Under the pieces are notes generated by a model, which was given only the letters and a program-made list of their open reading frames with translations, did not search any database and was not told the DNA's origin. Shown piece after piece: positions 36,664 through 49,000 of a stretch of DNA of 64,000 bases (positions are counted from its first letter, which is position 1; every line of letters begins with the position of its first letter). Origin of the DNA: Macrostomum hystrix (lineage: Eukaryota; Animalia; Platyhelminthes). The stretch lies in assembly GCA_950097015.1 (NCBI GenBank), contig CATNEN010000009.1:1488001-1552000 (forward strand), read 5' to 3'. The position numbers and the translations under genes are program-made.

Positions 36664-36758
36664 GGGATTGAAGCCTAGTGGTTAGAGCGCGGACTCACGA
36701 CTTGAAGGTCGTGGGTTCGATTCCCGACAAGACTGAAACAGTTTTGTCCTTTAGCAAG
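36664..36758 (+). mobile_element. Second copy of the same SINE family (tRNA head plus start of CORE), truncated
   Basis: A-box TAGTGGTTAGAG at 36676, B-box GGTTCGATTCC at 36714, then TCCTTTAGCAAG; aligns with 29725-29797. Confidence 0.65.
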
Positions 36759-36915
36759 ACTAGTACTGACACACCCAGCTGACACTAGTACTGACACACC
36801 CAGCTGACACTAGTACTGACACACCCAGCTGACACTAGTACTGACACACCCAGCTGACACTAGTACTGACACACCCAGCTGACACTAGTACTGACACACC
36901 CAGCTGACACTAGTA
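36759..36915. repeat. Perfect 25-bp tandem repeat (ACTAGTACTGACACACCCAGCTGAC), about 6 copies
   Basis: Directly continues the truncated SINE. Confidence 0.95.
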
Positions 36916-37504
36916 CACTCAGAGTTCATTGTCCAATGCGTGCCTTGCCATTAAAATTCGATAATGGACAAATTGTTGCTTGAACACAGCACAAGCAGCT
37001 GGAGCGAGTAAACTGAGTAACCGAGTTGCCAAACAGCTCGCGAGCAAGCCGCATTGTGAACCGGTCTTGTTTCCGGCTGTGTTGCAACACATTCATCTGA
37101 AAGCTTTTTCTCTAGCATTGCTTAGAGGAGGCGGGCACGGCCTGTGGTACAATAGCAGCGAAACAAGCAGATTGTCACGCCCCGCCTTGGGGTTTGGGGA
37201 CCCCCCGGCTTTTTGATAAACCCTACTCCCAAAATCTCTGCCACAGTGTGCCTGCAAAAACATTGTTTGATCTTCTGCTTTTGTGCTTGCAGCCCTGCCT
37301 CACTTTCGCTCACGGGACTCAAAGCCGAGATTGGACACTTTTTTAAACGAGCTGTAAGACAACAGCGCGGAAAGATCTGATTTAGCAGCGCCTACAGTGT
37401 AGCCTTATCGCCTTTGAAGTCACGCGCTGCCTTTACCGTTTGATCGAACAATTCAGTTTTATTTGCAGCTGATCTGCGTGACTGAAGTCACTGATTGCAG
37501 ATCT

Positions 37505-38030
37505 GCACTTCTCTTCTCTCCCTTCTTCTCACCCTCTTTCCCTCGCTTCTTCCCTTCTAATTTTCTCCGCTCTTTTTTACTTTTCGTCTGTCCCTTCCTC
37601 TCTCTTCATTTCCGTTCTTCCTCCCTTCATCTCTCCCTACTTGCCTTTCATCCCTTCATCTCTCCCTCCTTCCCTCCCTTCATCTCTCCCTCCTTCCCTC
37701 CCTTCATCTCTCCCTCCTTCCATCCCTTCTTCTCTCCCTCCTTCTCTCCCTTCATCTCTCCCTCCTTCTCTCCCTTCATTTCTCCCTATTTGCCTCCATT
37801 CTTCTCTCCCTCCTTCTCTCCTTTCATCTCTCCCTCCTTCCCTCCCTTTTTCTCTCCCTCCTTCTCTCCTTTCATCTCTCCCTACTTGCCTCCCTTCTTC
37901 TCTCCCTCCTTCTCTCCCCTTTCCTCCCTTCATCTTTCCCTCCTCCCCTCAATTCATCTCTCATTCCTTCCCTCCCTTCATCTCTCACTCCTTCACTTCT
38001 TTTTTATCCCATCCCTCCCTCACCCCCTAC
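37505..38030. repeat. CT-rich minisatellite, about 24 bp (CATCTCTCCCTCCTTCCCTCCCTT)
   Basis: Pyrimidine-only periodic tract. Confidence 0.88.
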
Positions 38031-38369
38031 CTCAATCCGATAATCAAACAGATTCCGCAAGAATCGGGCAGCCGGGGGCAGCTCATGCCAGACTTGAGCA
38101 GTCTTGAGCACCCTTGAGTTGCTTCGTCGCCCAGAGCAACAAACTCTCGGCTAAGCCTCGCATTCCTATCAATTGTGCGCAAACTAATCCAATTCTGGCC
38201 TTCTTAAATTCATCTGAAGTCACAAAGAACAGAAGAATTTTCTAGTACACACTCAACTAAATGTCACCGGGAACAACAAGAGCCTACTTTTGACAAAGCC
38301 TTTGGCTTTTCTGCTTGCTTTGGCTTTGTTTGCACCTTGAGGGAATTCCAAGTGATGAATTCATACTCC

Positions 38370-39290
38370 TCTAACCCTGAGTCTCGCCTCGTCTTCTCAC
38401 CTTCAGTCTCACCCATCATACCCTGAGTCTCACCCATCTCACCCTGAGTCTAACCCTGAGCCTCACAACTAGCCACTCAATCTCACCCCGTGTCTCACAG
38501 CTAGCCTCGTCTTCTCACCTTCAGTCTCACCCATCTCACTCTGAGTCTCACCCATCTCACTCTGAGTCTCACCCATCTCACTCTGAGTCTCACCCATCTC
38601 ACCCTAAGTCTCACCCATCTCACCCTGTGACTCACCCATCTCACCCTGAGTCTCACCGATCTCACCATGAGTCTCACCCATCTCACCCTGAGTCTCACTA
38701 ATCTCACCCTGAGTCTCACCCATCTCACCATGAGTCTAACCCTGAGCCTCACAGCTAGCCTCGTCTTCTCACCTTCAGTCTCACCCATCTCACTCTGAGT
38801 CTCACTAATCTCACCCTGAGTCTCACCCATCTCACCCTGTGACTCACCCATCTCACCCTGAGTCTCACCGATCTCACCATGAGTCTCACCCATCTCACCA
38901 TGAGTCTAACCCTGAGCCTCACAGCTAGCCTCGTCTTCTCACCTTCAGTCTCACCCATCTCACTCTGAGTCTCACTAATCTCACCCTGAGTCTCACCCAT
39001 CTCACCCTGTGACTCACCCATCTCACCCTGAGTCCCACCGATCTCACCATGAGTCTCACCCTTCTCACCCTGAGTCTCACCAATCTCACCCTGAGTCTCA
39101 CCCATCTCACCATGAGTCTCACCCATCTCACCCTGAGTCTCACCAATCTCACCCTGAGTCTCACCCATCTCCCCATGAGTCTAACCCTGAGCCTCACAGC
39201 TAGCCTCGTATTCTCACCTTCAGTCTCACCCATCTCACTCTGAGTCTCAACCATCTCACCCTGAGTCTAACCCTGAGTCTCACAGCTAGC
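38370..39290. repeat. 21-bp minisatellite (CTCACCCATCTCACCCTGAGT) with higher-order blocks of 170-275 bp
   Basis: Landmark CTAGCCTCGTCTTCTCACCTTCAGT recurs at about 38501, 38755, 38925 and 39200. Confidence 0.92.
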
Positions 39291-39978
39291 TTCTCCATCA
39301 CACCCAGTCCATGACGTGCTCAATCTCAATCTAGCGAGCTCACATTCGCAGTCCCCAACACAATCAGATCTGATTGCTGTCCTCTAAGTTTGCATGTTCC
39401 TGGACTTGCTGCTTCAGTGTTCTCCGCTCTCATATGTCATAGCCGCTGTCCCTTAGCTGTGCCAAATCTTGCTCGGTCCTTGCAATGCGGAACAAGAAAG
39501 TCAAAAGATATTGAAACCTGTGTGCACTGCGTGCTGGCTGGCCCCTCAAACACCAAATGCTGTAGCAATTTCCTAGCCTAGCGCTGTCATTGGCTGTGGG
39601 CTGTGGGCCACACTGAATGCAAAGTGCCCCCAGCCAGCCAACCAGCTGCTTGCCATGTGTCGTCTGGCCTGGGGTGGCTGCACGCCGTGCCAAGGTATGG
39701 CTCTATTATACCCGGCTCCTCAGCTCACAAGCCACTGCAGTTCCAGGGAAATGTTGAAAGTAATCCCGCCTCACAAATCTTTCCTTTGCTCACTACTGCG
39801 CTCACTCTGAGAAGCCTGAGTCTAAAGAGAGACAGAGAGACATTGAGAAACGGAGCCGACAGCACTAACCAATGCGCTGCTCCAGTTGCGAGCCAAGAAG
39901 AATACTTTAATTGAACTTCCTGACCGCCCGAGAGCTCCCAGCTCAATCCGCAGCTGATCCTGCATCGCCAGGACTGAC

Positions 39979-40039
39979 ATGAAATCTATGAGATCCTTCC
40001 CGCTCACCTGCTGCCTGCTACTCGCTGCTGCCTGCCTGG
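39979..40039 (+). CDS. DDR: DDR exon 1, signal peptide MKSMRSFPLTCCLLLAAACL
   Basis: Acceptor CCAG ends at 39971, ATG 39979, donor GTGAGT 40040; phase 1 fits the exon at 45578. Confidence 0.75.
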
Positions 40040-43000
40040 GTGAGTGACTCACGAGACTGGGGGAGACATGAGACTGGGGAGACATGAGACTGGGGAGACA
40101 TGAGACTGGGGGAGACATGAGACTGGGGAGACATGAGACTGGGGAGACATGAGACTGGGGGAGACACGAGACTGGGGGAGACATGAGACTGGGGAGACAT
40201 GAGACTGGGGAGACATGAGACTGGGGAGACATGAGACTGGGGAGACATGAGACTGGGGAGACATGAGACTGGGGAGACATGAGACTGGGGAGATATGAGA
40301 CTGGGGAGATATGAGACTGGGGAGACATGAGACTGGGGAGATATGAGACTGGGGGAGACATGAGACTGGGGAGACATGAGACTGGGGAGATATGAGACTG
40401 GGGAGACATGAGACTGGGGAGACATGAGACTGGGGAGATATGAGACTGGGGAGACATGAGACTGGGGAGACATGAGACTGGGGAGACATGAGACTGGGGA
40501 GACATGAGACTGGGGAGATATGAGACTGGGGAGATATGAGACTGGGGAGACATGAGACTGGGGAGATATGAGACTGGGGAGACATGAGAGTGGGGAGATA
40601 TGAGACTGGGGAGATATGAGACTGGGGAGACATGAGACTGGGGAGACATGAGACTGGGGAGACATGAGACTGGGGAGACATGAGACTGGGGAGATATGAG
40701 ACTGGGGAGATATGAGACTGGGGAGACATGAGACTGGGGAGACATGAGACTGGGGAGACATGAGACTGGGGAGACATGAGAGTGGGGAGATTTGCGGGCT
40801 GGAGCTATTTGACAGATGCTGTACGGCCTGAAGGCCCTGTTCAGTATTCCAAAGTGCTGCAGGCAATCAGAACTCAGAAATCTGATTCTGGAGTGAATTT
40901 CAACCCCCATAAATGCTAGAAAATTTTCACATCCGGTTCGCATGCAATTTCGGCTATCAGGTTTCAGGCCTCGACTAAAAAATTGGTTACGACATGCAGT
41001 TTGCCTTTGCAATCTGGGAAATGTTTGACAAACTCCGTGCAGTCAGTCAGTCTGTTCGGAGATTGTTCAACTGTGTTTTGTGTGTGCCTTTGAAAATTCA
41101 ATCTGCAGTTTAGCTCTGCTGCTGCTGCTGCTGCTGCTGCTGCCATATCTCAGTGTACACATCTCGGAGGCAGTGTAAAATCTGATTCACTTAGCAGACG
41201 ACAAGTGACTTGTGTTTGGGTGGTCCCAGTGCGGTTCCAGGGGTTCCAACTGTTATTGCCACAGTGTCTTAGGCTGAGAGATAAGCCGGCATTGTTTACA
41301 CAGCACAGGGGCTGCTGGGACAGCTCCAGGTGCGCCATTCTGTCTCTGATATGCCAGCCCGTGCGTACAAGGTGATGAAACTGACTTGAGACCCTGCTGA
41401 GGCAGCAAGAAGTAGAAACTTTAAAAGGGGAAGCGTGCTGCTGTGTGGGCTGCCACGGGACAAGGGGGGGGGCAAAGTTCCCATCTCCGGATGGAGGATC
41501 GAGGCTGGGCGAGGGATAAAAGTGGCAAGATTTAGCTCGCATTTCACTCGTGTTGCATTCGCACGCGAGGATTCGCCCACTCTCCCAACCCCGATGGAGA
41601 GGCGCCACCAGCTACACTTGCTGCCGGCCTTATCACAGGCTGTTCTTGGGTGCCTGAAACACACACACTCACACACACACTTGCCACACCGCCTGTGATG
41701 GCCTGCATGCGCTTGATTGACTGCTCCTGACTGCATTTCATTGCCACGGAGCTCGGAAACCGAATACCCGCCTATACGGCTGTGTTGAAGAGCTGGGGAA
41801 CAATGAGGCTAATAATGCCTTCCATCTGACCTTCTCCCTTCCTCTCGCCCTTCTTCTCCCTTCCTCTCTCCCTTCTTCTCCCTTCCTCTCGCCCTTCTTC
41901 TACCTTCTTCTCTCCGTTCTTCTCTCCCTTCATCTCACCTTTTATCTCTCCCTTCTTCCCCCTTCTTCTCCCTTCTTTTATCCTTCATCTCTCACTTCCT
42001 CCACCTGCATCTCTCGTATTTCCTACACTCAGCTTTCACCCCACCGCCCGCGAGCTCCCGCCCAGTTCACTTGTGCCAGCTGAGCGACCCCTCGCTGAAA
42101 TCCCCCGCCTGGCGGCACCTGCGACAGATTAACGCCCCGGAGCTTGGTCTGTGAGAATTTTCTTCCCAAAACAAGATCCCCAACTTCCCTTCTGGTCGCC
42201 TCGGGGTCGACCTCGGGACAAACCGGATTAGGACGAAAGCCGCGCTCGCTTTAGTTCCGATTTGCACTAGCGCGGGCAGTCCTGGCGAGACCGTCAGTAG
42301 CGGCTGACAGCTCGCACCGCGGCTTGGCCACTGACAGAATAGGAAAGAATAAATCAGAACTGGAAATCACAATTCTCTTCTAGCAGCAGAAAAGCTGGTG
42401 AGCAGGCAAGTGAGGGGACTCAGGTTTTGACTGAGCGGCTTCATTGTCCCTGGCGTCTCGGGGGGCAAAGAATGAAGCCGCGGAAGCCTTGGCAGGCCCC
42501 GTGGGCTGGCAGGAAGGCGGGCGCCCTGCCGCTACCCCCTGTCTGTAAACACTTTCACTATTTGTGCAGCAGCTCACAGCAACTGTGGAATCTCCCCTCC
42601 TATCCACGACTAGAAATCCCTTCTCAGCCACTCCGAGCCTATCTAAAGTGGGATCTGGGATATTGTTCCCGCTCCTGCCCAAAGGAAAATATTTACCGCC
42701 TCGATGGCATCTTGCTTGCAAATGCGCTGTCATTGCCAACCAGCCACTTAGAAAACCAAACATGACCGGCCAACTCGGCCAATGATCCCGCGATTTCAAA
42801 TCGGCGCCAAGCACCTGGGGATCAGGCTGGGCCTCATTCCTCAGCCAATAGCAAAGCATCACATCTATATATTATTCAGTCGGAATTCAGGCCTGGAAAT
42901 CTGATAGCTTCACCTGCGTAGGCGATAGCTTTGAAATCTGAAACCATTTTAAAACTGCGGGCCTTTGAAGTCTCGAATGCGAGCCTGCTTAACTTGCGTG

Positions 43001-46000
43001 AGAACATTGCTGTTCTTAAGGCATAAAATATTTGTGTTTCAATTTTCTTCCAAAAGCAGAAATTGCTAAAGTCTACTCTCAGGTGCAAATTGTGCAAGAT
43101 ACAGTTTTTTATCAGGCAAAACTAAACTGGCATTGTCTGGCAGACAGACTGACTGACTGACAGTTATAAAAAATCAATAAAATTTCTAGTCTGCTGAGCT
43201 GGGTTTGCTTAGAAAAAGCGATTTCTCTCTAGCTGGGGCCAAATGAAAATTTAAATTGAAGAAACTGCGCTAGTAAAAATGATTGTGACTCATTCCCATT
43301 GTTCCCCGCGCGTTCGAATGGGGGTATTTTGCTTGCTTCTGCAACTCTCTGCTCACATCCTCTTTGAAGCAGTTTTTCTGGTCTTGAAGCTCATCCCATA
43401 TCCCAGCCCCCACCCTGATCTGCTGGATGTGTTTCTAGGAAAGAAAGTTATTCCCAGAGCAGTCAAATTAGTCATCAAATGAGTATTGGGTTTGTTGCTG
43501 ACAAAAAGTACGCAGGATTTGGATTATCAGGTGAGGATTTTTTCGATTTTAGTTCCGCAACATTATCCTGGGCTGAGGATTGAGATTCGAACACCCGACC
43601 TCGCTCTACAAGCTCCAGTTAGTAAAAAAGCGGATTAGAAGCAGGTCACAATGAGAAAATCTAAACAAATCAAGTCCCACCCGTTTTCGGAAATTATGAG
43701 TGACGAGAGAGTCAGGGGAGAATGAGTCAGGGGAGAGCCAGGGCCAGTGTGTAGGCTAAGCTGTAGCCCAGGCTTTAGGTCACATAACGGGGACAGAAGT
43801 TGACAGGTGAAGAGACGGGCCTCAGAATCTCACTGGCTGGCTGGCTGGCTTTAGTTAAAAATAAAGCCAGCTATAGCAGTGAGGCTGGGGCTGGCCGTGA
43901 CTCATCTGAGCAGACTTCAGGCAGCTGTGAGGTACGCCACTAAAAGTGCCCCCTCAACGACTCCCAGGACAGTCCCAGATCCCACATCTCCAGGTAGATC
44001 CCCTCAGGGGCAGACGGGAGCAGCAGTGCTGGGCTATTGTTGCCCCGCGGCATTGTGGAGGGGAGGGCAGGTTAATCTCATTCTCCCATCCGAGCCTTCC
44101 GCATCCCCAGGGGAGGAGCAGAGGCCGCAGCTGCAGTGGGGAAGGGCTATTATCGCTAATTATTGGCACGGACAGAAGGCCTGGCAAATGCACAATGTCT
44201 ATAGCCGCGTGTGAGCAGTTGTCGTTTGAGCAGCGTGCTCAGAGAGAGCTCAGCCATTCAGACACGATCCGGAGCAGAAGCGAGTAAGGGTTAATGATAT
44301 ATTTTCCCAGATAAGCAACCCAGGGGAGTCTGCAGGGGGAGGACAAATTGCATTTTCAACAGTGCACTCGTGGGGCTGCAGCCTCGTTCATCAGCAGCAG
44401 CAGCAGCAGCAGCTGCAGCAGGAGATTATGAGCATTAAAAAACACAACGAAGCCAGCAGAAGTCCGCTCACTGGCTGACACTGGCTCAATGCCAGGCGGT
44501 TGGCAGGAGGAGTAAAACGAGGAAATTGCCGCACGGCCGCTGCTGGGCCAGTTTGAAGTGCTCGGAGGGTGTCTACCGTGGCTGCCCCGCCGGTGCATTG
44601 CGGGAGCACAGTCTCACACTGAGTACTGAATAATTCAGCACGGCCTGCTTGTAGGGCCTCCTCAGTCTCCATTCGCCTCCCCACCCAGCTCTCTTTGTTG
44701 TGCTCAAACTCTCCTTCTGAGCAGTTCTCAAGGCAGGAGGTCCCGGACTCAGCGGGTTGTCCTGGCATTGCTGAAGCTGCGAGTGTGAAATTGGCGCATA
44801 TTTTTGGCGGCTTTTCTCCTTTCTAATTCCGTTTCAAACTGCGCAGATCCCACCATTTCCAGATCCCCATTCCCAGATCCCCATTCCCAGATCCCCAGAC
44901 AGAGACAGGCCGGATCGCTCGCCCGGCGTGGCAAATTTTATTTTCTATTAAAAAATGAGTTGAGAGGAATTTTGTCCCCCCCACCGCAGAGGGCGGAGCT
45001 GGTAAATTGCTTGGGGAATTCGGCGATGGGGGGGACAGCCGTCACTTTCCCGCCGTCAAAGGCCTCCGCTCCGCCAGCCGCGCAGTTTCTGAGTAGAATA
45101 TGCTTCCCCATTTTTAGTAGAAATCCCAAAAAATTTCTTACCGCCTGGGGGCCGCACTTTTTTTGAGGGCCTCTTTTTGTTTTCTGACTGCGACATCTGC
45201 AGCTCCCAGCCACGGCATCCACTCCGACCTCCGTTTGAAGTTTTCTGGCCTTCGTAATTCCCGTTTCCCGTTTTCATTATCCCCTAGTTAACTGTCAGTA
45301 TGTTTTTTTGCAGGCTTAATCCCACCTTCTCTCAGTCCTAACTTATGGGATGAATCTCAGCCCTATCTCACAGTCCTAAATCTCAGCCCTTCATTTCACA
45401 GTCCTAAATCTCAGCCCTTCATTTCACAGTCCTAAATCTCAGCCCTTCATTTCACAGTCCTAAATCTCAGCCCTTCATTTCACAGTCCTAAATCTCAGCC
45501 CTTCATTTCACAGTCCTAAATCTCAGCCCTTTATCTCACAGTGCTGAATTCTGATGTTCAATCCCGAATTCCCGCAGGCAACTCAGAGTTTAACTGCCGT
45601 CGAGAAGACAAACCCATCCGGCTGGTCGGCGAACTGCCGAACGACAGTTTCAACGGCAGCTCCTACTATGCGGAGTACAAACCCGAGAGGGCCAGGTGAG
45701 GCGCGATTGGTTGTATACAAGTATTTCGCTTCCAATTAAAGAAAAAATACCAACCTCATCTACAGATATCATTTAGAAATATCAAAATCTCCCATCGAGA
45801 AATCTCCCATCGAGAAATCTCCCATCAAGAAATCTCCCCTCAAGAAATATCCCATCGAGAAATCTCCCATCAAGAAATCTCCCATCAAGAAATCTCCCAT
45901 CAAGAAATCTCCCCTCAAGAAATCTCCCATCAAGAAATCTCCCAGCGTGAATCTCCCAGGTAAGCGTGAGCAATCCCGTCGCACTCCCAAACCGTCTCCA

Positions 46001-49000
46001 GGGTGACGAAGAGCCAGAGCGAGCAGGCCTGGTGCCCCCTAGGCAGCCTGAAGCAGCACCGCCTGAACGAGTGGATCTCGGTGCGATTCCCCTCCGTGAG
46101 CATTATCAACACCATGCTCACGGAGCCGCGGCTGCACAAATCCGTTGAGCTGGTGAGCAACTCGCGATTGGCCGTGATTTCTTTGTAGAAATTGCTGCTT
46201 TCATTCAATCCAATAAAATGTTTCTTCCTTAACTCAACCCTCTCTCTACCCTATGTCTACCCTCTCTCTACCCCTCTCTACCCCTCTCTACTCCTCTCTA
46301 CCCTCTCTCTACCCTCTCTCTACCCTCTCTCTACCCCCTCTCTACCCCCTCTCTACCCTCTCTCTACCCTCTCTCTACCCCCTCTCTCTACCCCCTCTCT
46401 ATACCCTCTCTCTACCCTCTCTCTACCCTCTCTCTACCCCCTCTCTCTACCCCCTCTCTACCCCCTCTCTACACTCTCTCTACCCTATCTCTACCCTCTC
46501 TCTACCCCCTCTCTACCCTTTCTACCCTTTCTCTACCCCCTCTCTACCCTTTCTCTACCCTCTCTACCCTCTCTAGACAATTTTTGGTGTCCTGGACGCA
46601 AAGCGCTTAATTGAATTTTACCCTCCGTAAATTGGGCACCAGCATTAGCTTCTGGAGGTTGCGCCCCTGTCCACGGACTGTACAGCTGTACACAGTCTTT
46701 GAAAGCGACCTTCTTCCTTGGAAGCGAAGTTCAAAATAATTAGAACTTTTATTTCAGCCTCCGAGAAACTCCCAGCACAGAATTAGAATTCTTCAAAGCA
46801 TCCCCACTGAGAAATCCCATTTCCCAGGCCTCTCAAGTCTTGGCGGCAGCTGCTTTGCCTGGACAGTTACCAGCGGGTCTCATGATCCCCAATGTTATTC
46901 TTCCTCTTTATTCTTCGCTTAGTTTCGTTGCGTCACAGAGATGCCCTGAGCTGCTGCCGGTTGTGCAGCCTGAGACAGCAGCTGTCACACCTCCTGTCAG
47001 CTGAGTGCAGGCGGTTGCCGGGCCGCCAGATGAAAGGGGAGGCCAGACCTTCGTCTTGTCCCCTTTGTGTTCGCCTTGTTTTTGCAAATCCAGTCCAGAT
47101 TGCTAATGACAGGGCGACACAGGAGGCTGTCATGATGTGAATGGGCTGAATTAGACCAATAAGTGACTCCCCGCGTGCAGCTAATGGGATTAATTGAGTA
47201 AGCCTGTTTACCGTGAGAGGAATAGAGTTTACCGTAAGAGTAATCTAGTTTAGAATAAAAGGAGTAGAGTTTAGAATAAAAGGAATAGAGTTTAGAATAA
47301 AAGGAATAGAGTTTAGAATAAAAGGAATAGAGTTTAGAATAAAAGGAATAGAGTTTAGAATAAAAGGAATAGAGTTTAGAATAAAAGGAATAGAGTTTAG
47401 AATAAAAGGAATAGAGTTTAAAATGAGAGGAATAGAGTTTAGAATGAGAGGAATAGAGTTTAAAATGAGAGGAATAGAGTTTAGAATGAGAGGAAAAGAG
47501 TTTAAAATGAGAGGAATAGAGTTTAGAATGAGAGGAATAGAGTTTAGAATGAGAGGAATAGAGTTTAAAATGAGCGGAATAGAGTTTAAAATGAGAGGAA
47601 TAGAGTTTAGAATGAGAGGAATTGAGTTTAGAATGAGAGGAATAGAGTTTAAAATGAGCGGAATAGAGTTTAAAATGAGAGGAATAGAGTTTAGAATGAG
47701 AGGAATAGAGTTTAGAATGGGAGGAATAGAGTTTAAAATGAGAGGAATAGAGTTTAGAATGAGCGGAATAGAGTTTAAAATGAGAGGAATAGAGTTTAGA
47801 ATGAGAGGAATAGAGTTTAGAATGGGAGTAATAGAGTTTAAAATGAGAGGAATAGAGTTTAAAATGAGAGGAATAGAGTTTAGAATGAGAGGAATAGAGT
47901 TTAAAATGAAAGGAATAGAGTTTAAAATGAGAGGAATAGAGTTTAGAATGAGAGGAATAGAGTTTAGAATGAGAGGAATAGAGTTTAGAATGGGAGTAAT
48001 AGAGTTTAAAATGAGAGGAATAGAGTTTAAAATGAGAGGAATAGAGTTTAGAATGAGAGGAATAGAGTTTAAAATGAAAGGAATAGAGTTTAAAATGAGA
48101 GGAATAGAGTTTAGAATGAGAGGAATAGAGTTTAGAATGAGAGGAATAGAGTTTAGAATGAGAGGAATAGAGTTTAGAATGGGAGTAATAGAGTTTAAAA
48201 TGAGAGGAATAGAGTTTAAAATGAGAGGAATAGAGTTTAGAATGAGAGGAATAGAGTTTAGAATGAGAGGAATAGAGTTTAGAATGAGAGGAATAGAGTT
48301 TAGAATGAGAGGAATAGAGTTTAGAATGGGAGTAATAGAGTTTAAAATGAGAGGAATAGAGTTTAAAATGAGAGGAATAGAGTTTAAAATGAGAGGAATA
48401 GAGTTTAAAATGAGAGGAATAGAGTTTAAAATGAGAGGAATAGAGTTTAAAATGAAAGGAATAGAGTTTAAAATGAGAGGAATAGAGTTTAGAATGAGAG
48501 GAATAGAGTTTAGAATGAGAGGAATAGAGTTTAGAATGAGAGGAATAGAGTTTAGAATGAGAGGAATAGAGTTTAGAATGGGAGTAATAGAGTTTAAAAT
48601 GAGAGGAATAGAGTTTAAAATGAGAGGAATAGAGTTTAAAATGAGAGGAATAGAGTTTAAAATGAGAGGAATAGAGTTTAAAATGAGAGGAATAGAGTTT
48701 AGAATGAGAGGAATAGAGTTTAGAATGAGAGGAATAGAGTTTAGAATGGGAGTAATAGAGTTTAAAATGAGAGGAATAGAGTTTAAAATGAGAGGAATAG
48801 AGTTTAGAATGAGAGGAATAGAGTTTAGAATGAGAGGAATAGAGTTTAGAATGAGAGGAATAGAGTTTAGAATGAGAGGAATAGAGTTTAAAATGAGAGG
48901 AATAGAGTTTAGAATGGGAGTAATAGAGTTTAAAATGAGAGGAATAGAGTTTAGAATGAGAGGAATAGAGTTTAGAATGGGAGTAATAGAGTTTAAAATG

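Noticed and set aside
36664-36730. tRNA gene
   Set aside because: It has A and B boxes but no proper acceptor or anticodon stems, and it continues into SINE body sequence.
28920-44412. Short non-coding CAG/CTG runs (28920, 41117, 44393)
   Set aside because: Ordinary microsatellites of 7-9 units.
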